A stretch of 55,831 nucleotides of DNA, filler included, from Catajapyx aquilonaris (Eukaryota), in the NCBI GenBank assembly GCA_000934665.2. It is 4 parts of 4 records of this genome, joined end to end, with 100 filler letters (N's around TTAATTAATTAA, not from the genome) between each part and the next. Parts side by side here need not be neighbours in the genome. Positions count along the whole stretch, not along the records: positions 41,954 to 55,831 come from JYFJ02007956.1; 3 more parts are not named here. One strand, written 5' to 3'. Of the stretch, positions 46,601 to 55,831 are shown one piece after another. The position numbers and the translations under genes are program-made. Within the stretch, counting starts at the first letter, position 1. The number at the start of each line of letters is the position of its first letter. The notes beneath the pieces were generated by a model. That model saw nothing but the letters and a program-made list of their open reading frames with translations, was not told where the DNA came from and made no database searches.

Positions 46601-48641
46601 TTTTGTCTCCCCCGGATCTGGCGACGTGAGTGAAATTACATCGCAGCGAAATACATATATCCTTTTTAAATCGATGCTCGCGGGGGCTGCACGTGCTTTA
46701 AGAGTTTAGAACAAACCCATGCCTGCCTCCAGCCAAAGTGTGGCACAGTTCGATAAAACATGCTGCAAATATGGCCTATTATAAGCTGTTCAAATGGAAA
46801 CTTTCATCGTTATTATGGCGTGACACTATTGTCGATTGATAGTTACGATAACTAAGCTCGGGTGCATGAATACAAATTAATGAAAAATCCGAGTGTTCAC
46901 ACTATAGATGAGCAACCTATAGTGCGCAAAATCTACAATATTCAAGTCTCATTGCCCAATTTGCACAAACACTGCTTCTCTCATCACGACAAACTGAAAG
47001 TACTAATTTGCACAACCCAAATTGTGGGCCTTCTCTTCTCAACAACAAAAAAATTTAATTGCGAAAAAGCAAATCCAAGTGCCAAATATTCGCTCAAGTC
47101 CGCCTACTTCATATCTTTCTACTGCTCATCCAAAGTGAAAGGGCAAGCGTCAAGGCTTCCGTGACTTACCTTCCGTCAACCCAAACTTAGGCAAGAGAAT
47201 AACAAAAAAAAAGAAATCATAATAAAGTGAGTTAGAGCCTTTTGAGTGGTAGATACGACTTCTCTTTGTTTGTCACTCCAGGCAAAAGGAAGGTCATCAA
47301 GTCGCGCGATTGTCAATTAAGGGAACTTTTTCACAAGGAGATTGTTGTTGCTTTAACGATAGGAAGTTAATGCATTACCACATGGAGTTACGTTCCATTG
47401 CCCTAAATTAGAAGTGATTTAAAAGTTCAAAAGAGAGGGCTTTGACATTTTGGTGGCACACTTTTTGGGTAATGAGGCATTTACAACCGGATGATTCATA
47501 ATTCGGGGACATGGCCACCACTCCATTTGTTTACACTTTAAGCCGCTGCCATTAATATCGTTGCTGCTGAGCTGTATAGGAGAAGGGGATTAAGGAGCTT
47601 CATACATAATGGAAATTGATAACTTGCTGAGCTTCTTATTTCTGATTCATGTAATGGCTGCGTCATCAGCTCCTTTTACAAGTAGTGTGTAGCATTGTTG
47701 GGTCGTTGTTGACATTAAAGCGGTAATAAATTGTTCGCAAGATTCGAAAGGCAACTTTCATATTGCCAATAATTAAATTGAAGTGATTAATGATTTGACA
47801 AACTTGGTATAAATGACCATCGTGACCAGGTAGTGAATAAAAAAATGCACCGTCATTGCAGTTGATATAACTGCTCGATGCTCACAAACCTCTGAATATT
47901 GGATACTGTGCATTACTGTGCGAAGTTCGTACTGATCAATTAAATGGTCGTTAAAACCCGAATGACTCCTCGGTCCTCACATTAACGTTGGAACGTGAAA
48001 ATACAACTCACAATGTTGGCTACCACTGGCATGTGAGAGGTGAACAAAAGGAATGCATGTCAAGAATGCAAGTACAAAACGTCAGGTACTAATAATGTTA
48101 TTACATGAGATTTTGGCATCTGTACAATTCCAAGAATTACACCAAGTTTCAAGTCAACTTTGACCCTCACGCCTTTCATGTGTTGCCCATTTTACTCTCT
48201 AGGAGCCGTCCACATTCTTTAGAAAATCTATTTACATAAAACACCCTCAATAGTCCACGGGTGCCCTCCAGTTCATTACAATGCGCTCGCAATTAGGCTG
48301 CACCTCCTTCTCTAGGTCTACAATGTCTCTAACGACCTGACATTCCAGGCACTCGCAGCAGGATCCAACTGGAAGGTCCAATGGTCCAATCTTCGGGAGT
48401 GGATGTAACCTCAGCTCGTCAGCTTCTTGACGAGCTCATTATGTCAGCCAGCGAGTCTGCAGTCAGCAAGGCTCTGGTGGATGCTGCTGCAACATGGCCT
48501 CATCTGCATCAGAATCGCAGAGATGACATCTTCCATGGTATGACTCCACCACCGCCTCCTCCATTTATGCCAGTTCCTGTGGTTGAAGCTCGACATGAGA
48601 TGCTTCCGACGCCTTTGCCTATGAACGACACTAGCCGGTGA
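43669..48641 (+). CDS. Uncharacterised secreted or signal-anchored low-complexity protein (~586 aa, 5 exons)
   Basis: Exons 43669-43740, 44248-44777, 45403-46143, 46469-46593 and 48349-48641; GT-AG introns of phases 0,2,2,1 join into one open frame of 1761 nt. Hydrophobic N-terminus, then acidic, Arg-rich and His/Pro-rich blocks. Confidence 0.72.
45008..45269. mobile_element. Tc1/mariner-type MITE in intron 2
   Basis: TA|CAGGGTGTT ... AACACCCTG|TA. Confidence 0.75.
46176..46422. mobile_element. Fully palindromic MITE in intron 3
   Basis: CAGTGTTGGACATT ... AATGTCCAACACTG; the arms pair all the way to the central GGGGC-AA-GCCCC and include two GTGACGTCAC palindromes. Confidence 0.85.
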
Positions 48642-50296
48642 CAAATATTATAGTACAAAATGTGACCTGAAATTGTGACATCAGGTAAATCTGTAAATAG
48701 AAGCGACTAGTGACAGTCCCCCAAATTAACTTATAGCCGGCTCCAATTATGCCTGGTCAGTTATTGTTTTAAATCACTGTCAACATATGTTTACACGTCA
48801 AATAAAGTGGTTATTACAATCACGATTTATAATATTTACGCGCACAGGGATTGTCATAATCCTATGAATAAACGGTTCTTCGTGGGGCATGCCCTTTTCT
48901 ACTCTATTCACACGATTCCCCCTCTTTTCATATTCAACTCCCAAAACCTCTGCAGACCCTCCCATGTTTGAAGAAGTAGATGCTCCCCAACCCCTGACAC
49001 CCGGAGAAAAATCTAGGGAGGAATAAATCCCAGTAGAATTCCTTTTCAAACCTGGAGGGAATTACAATGAAGCTAGTGCACTTCGATAAATTAAGTGCCT
49101 GACTGTGCAAACCCTGTAAGTATCTGGATATGACCTGGCGTGACGTAAACAGTTCAAGTGTACGGAGTATATGCTAAATAATGTATTCAATTAACAATGA
49201 CATTAGATCTCTAAATTGCTTAGACCGATGCTCAATTTAAATGGTTTTAATTCAACCAGGACTGGTCTTTTTTTGAATTATCATGACTTTCTGCCCGATT
49301 ACTCTATCTCTATTACTATCGCTCTATAGAATTGAGAGTTCATTTTGCAAAATTGCAAAGAGATTAAAATCCAGTGGCCTTAACCTAATGGATGTGGTCG
49401 CCATTTCCATGCTTTTTATGTCCTTTTACTACAATTTTCCCTTTCACGTCTAGTTTTTGAATAAGCGCAGGACCGTCCGCTTTGAACAGATTTCTGGAAT
49501 CAATAGTTTTGGGTTTGGAGTTGAGTAGAAAACAAGAGGACCCCATGAATAAGGCTTAGGACCATTAGTCAGATGGGTCCAGAGGGACCTGTCCAAAAAG
49601 AGGGCACAGGGGGGACTACTTCCCAAAAAAAAGACCTACTCAATTCATGAGGACTCTGATTAGATTTTTGGAGATGACGTCAAGTTGATGAAAACTTTAC
49701 TGCCGGAAATTTGGAAGTTCACACCAACCATTTCTTCTGGAGAAAACTTTTGGAGCATCAAGCATTGTTTCATGCCGGAACAGCTGCGATCATTTGTTTC
49801 GTCCAAGACTCGAGAAGTGACAATTGGAATAAACTTTTCCTCCATCCGGATATGGCCTTTTGTTTGGACGTTTTTTTTCGAGTGGGGGGGGGGGGGNTTC
49901 TCATTTCTTTAATTGGAAGAAGAGTTACCAGGAAAATCACTTACACTAAAACTTTGCTGGCTGGAAAAATGTGATGAGTCGTAAAGTGCGGATATTTATT
50001 TTCCATTTGAAGCTTCTGGATCACGTTAGTAGAATCCTAAGTGCCCATGTTATTGCTTGTAAGGCGGTTAAGTGCACCAGATCTTACCTTTCATGCTAGA
50101 TCGATATGGCTCGGTCGTATCAGCTTTAATAAACTGACTAGTTCCTTTTCCCTCCCACCAGAGGCGCTGACTCACCCATTGCGCAGGCGCATAATGAGAG
50201 CCAATCGGAAGCTTCGGTCATGCAACGAAGGATTTTAATATGATAGATATTTTCATATGCGTCAACTATTAATCAAATCATTTAGCTTATACTGTA

Positions 50297-50560
50297 CTAG
50301 CAGGGTACCCGGAGTTGCTCAGGTTATGAAATACTTTTAATAAATCGATGTATCGATGTATCGATTCTACATCCGGGGTTCCTGCTTTTCTGCCTTTTCG
50401 CCTCCTGCGGCCAAGGATGACCTCGGAGGTCAAGTCCAATGCGCTAAAAACCTTCCCCGTTAAAAACTACCCCTAATGATCACCCTAGGTCACACGTCGA
50501 GGCCTCCGTATTGATTTTCATAGGGAACAAGGGGACATACGTTGTGAAATATGTATAAGA
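50297..50560 (-). mobile_element. Non-autonomous Helitron-like element
   Basis: Minus strand begins A|TCTTATAC and ends ...CCGGGTACCCTGCTAG|T, with a GC-rich subterminal segment; inserted in AT, no TSD. Confidence 0.55.
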
Positions 50561-52227
50561 TAATACACAGTCAGCTTTTTGCGTAATCACGACCCATTCC
50601 CCTATTCCCAACATGGGAATAAAAGGTGTTCAAATACAATACTGAAGATTCGGCAGAATGTCCACATTCAACGTTTTTTTTTCTATCCTTTTCCTATTAG
50701 GTAAAAAATAGATAGGTCACGGAGGCCTCTTCCTACATTTCTTAAGGTTCTATACTAATCTTCCCAGGTCGGATATTTTCCAAGCTCATCTTGGCACCTA
50801 GCTCACGCGGATCTTCTTCTCCTGGGCCTCGTTTCCTCTTCGGTTTCCTGCCTGCGATATTATCATCTTCTTTAGAATGCCTCGTGATAGTGGAATAGAA
50901 GTTGGGGCTCAGCCTTTTTTGATGAGATAGTTTGGGAAAGGGCAAGGCTGAAGTTGGCTTAAGTCATGGAAAGATTCACAGTTAGGTGCTGGGAATGGGC
51001 ATAAATTTAATTGGGTGTAATCTTGATTATTTTTATGTCGTTGCTGACATGCACAAACGGACATGGTATAGGACAACAGGTACTTTGTGTAACGGTCGTG
51101 TTCGTGGCCTGAATTTTAAAGAGACAATTTGCATCTGACATTTTGTAAGGTTACGATGATACTTAATGTGCAGAATCTTAAACGTTTGGTTTAACACTGA
51201 TTACAGTGCACCATAACGGCATTATCTTGATGGTATTACCCGGCATATATGGTGTACCTCCAGGGTTAGCCACCCAACCAAGCAGATTCCGGTTGGTTTA
51301 ATTAATCTCGGGTACAAACGTGACCACATGCTGCTGTTATTACACACGGTATGATGCGCTTGAAACAATATTACTGCTATTCCCCTTTTAAAAACAGCTT
51401 ACAGACTGCGGATGAAACAAATCCGATTGATAATGTTCCATCAATATTTCACATGAGTTTGATTTGTCCAATGATAATTAAATAATGGATATGTTTCGTC
51501 CACATAATCGACAATATTCATCATGGGCTCCACAGTTATCTCGAGCTCGTCCTCTGTGTGTACACTCCTGCACCAAAATTCAATTTGGACTTTCGCACTT
51601 AAAAAGCCGCAGGGACCCCCCCAGCATGGCCGCAAAAAAGAAACTCGGATGAGTCCTCCAACAAATGAAATCGTAAATTGGAATCTGCGCCAAGGCATAT
51701 GTATCGTCGCCCAAAAGAAATTCTCCGGATTCAAGACATGCGAGTAAAACCCTTATAGGAGGTGATGTAGAGAAAGGGTGATGGAAAAGTCCTAGAACGA
51801 CGTAAGTCTTTCTCTTTTTATTTATTCCTTCCCAACCTATACTACTAAACAGCATCTATCTCCAAGCGTGATGGGAATGCGGCAGAGAAGAAATAGAAAG
51901 CCCAGCACAAAGGTCGCCCTCTTGTGATCGAATGTACGGTGGGAAGCTGGACACACAAAAAAAAGCGAATTCGCACTGGGATCGATAGACTCTAGTTATC
52001 AGACATAGGTCACAACAATAGAACATTTGCAGTGGTTTGCCGAAATAAATTCCACTTACTTATAACACCAATTCCAAGCAGTTATACGGCAGTTCAAAAT
52101 CACTATTGTTATTTTCCATTTAAATTTCATATTTGTTATTTCACTATTTACTTGATAGTATGCTATGTTATTTAAAATTTCATATATTCGTTTATTATTT
52201 GTACGCAACGTAACAATACCTCTTGAA

Positions 52228-52228
<1 letters not shown>

Positions 52229-52290
<62 letters not shown>
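52229..52290. repeat. (ATT)n microsatellite
   Basis: About 20 perfect units. Confidence 0.95.
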
Positions 52291-52688
52291 GCTCTTCCTC
52301 AGACATTAAAGTAACGTTATATTTTGATGGCCTCTATTAAAAAGCGCGGTAGAACAATTCGCACAGGAATGAATAGCCTCGTTTTGGTGCAATTAAAGAG
52401 GCATGCACCGGCTGGTTTATTTGTCGCAGTGCACTTACATTGTGTGCAGACCCCACTTTTTTTTGTGGGGAGGGAGATCACATCCAGCGCGATAATTGCG
52501 ACACGCCTCCGTAATTAGGAGCTATTACCAAATGCTCTAACACAAATTATAATGTGTCATCATCCTGTAGTTGCTCCCACTGGGACGAGACAACCGTTTT
52601 CTTTGCGCATGTTAACGTCAATTAATTTTGAGTGACTTACTCCAGCGAAGATTACATCCAGCAGGTCAGGCAGGTCAGTCCTTGTTAC

Positions 52689-52690
52689 AA

Positions 52691-52741
<51 letters not shown>

Positions 52742-52742
52742 A
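52689..52742. repeat. (AAAT)n microsatellite
   Basis: About 13 perfect units. Confidence 0.95.
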
Positions 52743-55700
52743 CTGGCAGGTGGTGTGTTTTGGTTTTAGGAAACTTATTTGTAATCAATAATTTTCACAT
52801 ACAGCATTATCATAAATATTAGCTGCTAATGTTAATTTGAAATTTAACGTTATTTTTCAATACTTTCGGTGGAGTATAGCCGGCAGTAAACGTGGTCTAT
52901 TATTCACGCTCGATTCCACTTTTGCTAATGGGGCTATTCCCATTGGAAATTCATCGTAATTCAGACCTTAAATGAATTATTCAAGTCAGCCCAGTATTAG
53001 CAGCTAATCAGCCTACAGGAAGGAATAGTTCATTTCCTCTTGCTAATAAAAGCTGCTAAGAATATTCCAAAGTACATAATTATTAAAATTATTAATTCAG
53101 TTAATAACATTGATCAGCTGTAACACTGTTTCACGTATATGTATATCCTGGAAGTATGCAGCCATCAGCACTTTACCAAGAAGAATTTGTATTTTTAAAC
53201 CTTCACCTTGCTAGAGTGCTAATGGTGTCACAGCGGGTTGGTTTGTCCAAAACATATTGCCACATAATAGTAAATGATTCATCACCGAACACCTCCCACA
53301 TCATACTTCATCTCCTTTTGTCCCCGCCATCAATAGAAAGAGCTAATGACCACATACAGTTAAACGCGACAACATAATAGCATTCAAGGCCAGCTAATTA
53401 AAACTAAAACAAATGCTCAGGAATTAACATACCGTATTCAACTAGATTAAATAATATTATTGTCTCTGAGGTGACATTTGCGCTGATTTTATTCTCACCA
53501 GCTGACATTGGTTCATTATGTGTTTTGCTTTGTACCTATAAACAATCGAATCTTATAATATTAAAATCCTTGTTTGTGCAAGGCATCCGATTGGCCCGCC
53601 GCTATTGTTTGTGCGACTTCCGATTGGCCCACGTTCTGCGACTGCGCAATGGAGCGAGTACCTATTCAGTTGCTGGCTGACTGGCGGCAAGTAAACATCA
53701 TGAGCCGTCTCTCTCATATTTCTCTTAAATTTTAGTTAATTCAACCACGGTATCACCATATACATTAGGCCGTCCCTCCGACCAATTAATCCCATTGTCG
53801 CGTGCATGGAGGATAACCCACCGGACGCCATCAAATGAGAATTCTCTTCATTAACCTCGTTAAGTGCACCAACCAACCGGAATAATCTTGCAGACGCGCA
53901 TCAAACACCATGTTGGGCTGGACCAGATTTTTTTCTGGATTTTAATTGTACACAAGTGCCAGCATGAAAAATTGCTCTTTTCTGCGGGATGAAATCATTA
54001 CCAACACATGGCCAGCTTCAATAGGGGCCAGGTAACCATATAAAAAGGGGAGGAAATATTGCATAAGAGTTATCGGTGCAAAAATAACTGTTCAGTGACT
54101 TGAACAAATCGACATCAATCTGCTTGACATCACTAGAAGAATCTTGTACATTTCCGTCCAAAGTTTACAAACATTTTTTTTCCGTCCGATACTGGACAGT
54201 GTGCTTCCAGTTGGTTAGAGCTGTTGTAAACTTCTGAAGAAGTAAATAGTCTTTCAAGTGAGCTTAATTTGTACAGTGTTCTTTCGAAACACTATAGCTC
54301 ATGACTCATGGGAGACAGAATTGAGCATCACCTATTGTCAACTATATATTTTAGTGTAACATTTTTGCGCAATATACAAGTGACCTTCATCTACAGTATC
54401 ATTTATGTCGCATTTACATCGTTACGTTACTCAGGTCGGTCCTAGAACTGTACAGTGAACACAAGTGATGCGTAAAAATTCTATGACTAGTAGGATTTAT
54501 TCAGTACTCCGTACTACGCTCGGCTTCATAATCTGCCATTGTTAATGTAGCTTTTGAAGTCTGATATTTGCGTTGATATAGAGGTAATACCAGCTACGTG
54601 CAGTAGCTCCAGCTTTTGTATTTCAGGAGAAAAATATCAAATCGTTTTCCCCCCCTTCTTTTTCGAGAATTTCAATATGGAATAAAATTCAGAACACAGT
54701 CCTTTGATGTTGGACTAATTGAAGTGCTTATTCAGGTGTATAAGCTACTATATATAAATATTGTTATCGGTCACATTAGACATTTCCAGATATGACGATT
54801 TGTTCGAAGGCTGCACTCCTTTTATGGAATAATTTATTTTTAACGAAAGGTGTAATTTTTCAAAACGCATATTAAACCAAATGTGACTCTATGTTCGTCT
54901 TTTTAGGCAATCACTCTAATAACGTGCATTGCTCCGTTTTATGAAAACTCAAATATTTGATGATGACAAACGTCGAAACTGATTTCAATATTCCCCCACA
55001 CATCGCTACACCAGCATGTTTCCTCCGGCAAGTTTTTCAATTAAATTCTCCATGCACGATACGCCTACTTTAAAATCCATGTTACACAACCATTCCTCGC
55101 TTCAACAGTACAAATATTAGGCACGACCTACTTTTCAATTCAAAATATTCAATATCCGTTCCCATCGTTGGTAATGATACCATGCGACACTTACCCTTCC
55201 TCGAATCTCCAGATGCGAACGATGACAAATGGTGTTCACACTGCAATGAATTTTCCCCCCACTTAATAAATCGAATCGGATGTTCTCTACTGATACCTGT
55301 GGAATGAATCGGATATTTTTTTAAAAAAATATATTGCGCCGTTTGGTAAAGTGTGAATCAATATTTTTCTTTCTGTATGGCACAGGCGGATGGTGTATAA
55401 CCTTTACAATTCTTATTACATTTCCCCCACCATCTTGAGAATTTTCTCGATACCGGTTTCCCATCACGTTTCAGCTAGAGCCCGTTACTTTCTTTCTGAA
55501 GCCAGAGACGTCCAATTATCTCTGGCGGAACGCGTAAACCAAATTTTCTTAAAAGTAAGTGAGAGGTTAAGTAACCTTTGCGAATTTAAGTTTGGTGATT
55601 ATTAATTTTTGAGATAAGCATGAAAATTTTCATATCTAGGTTATCTAAACTTTGATAAGAAATTAGTGTCAACATTTTCTCACAACATTTTTGCATATAA

Positions 55701-55831
55701 TTGCTCTAATTAGTTCTAATTCTTTACCTGATTTTACTGTACAATTGAGGTAAGTAAACTACGACACACATTTGAGCAGTTTATTTACGTACCATATTTA
55801 CATCTACGCACATAATGATTGATCCCTTTCA

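Noticed and set aside
48700..55831. Short ORFs in the distal part of contig 4
   Set aside because: No recognisable motifs or consistent exon chain; treated as intergenic or intronic DNA with decayed repeats.

Overview
Eukaryotic, most likely arthropod, genomic DNA (pacifastin-type domains, 45-80 nt GT-AG introns). The window is four unrelated contigs of about 13.9 kb (1-13888, 13989-27869, 27970-41853, 41954-55831) joined by artificial 100-nt N44-TTAATTAATTAA-N44 spacers. Contig 1 holds a minus-strand tandem array of seven two-exon paralogues for small secreted Cys-rich proteins that fuse a pacifastin-type protease-inhibitor domain to a WAP/four-disulfide-core domain: four intact fusions, two WAP-less copies and one pseudogene. 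They share an upstream motif and are interrupted by a LINE with a 16-bp TSD. Contig 2 is a dense mosaic of transposon fragments (hAT x3, MULE, Academ-like, Transib, LINE ORF1s, Sola-like, solo LTR), with all recognisable coding fragments on the + strand, ending in a Pro-rich gene. Contig 3 is a compact housekeeping block: RPAP2, ABHD16A with a nested antisense chitin-binding gene, COQ4 and the 3' part of WDR47. Contig 4 carries one five-exon gene for an uncharacterised low-complexity protein plus foldback MITEs, a Helitron-like remnant and microsatellites. All gene models and family calls were made by eye from splice signals and remembered motifs; no database search was run.
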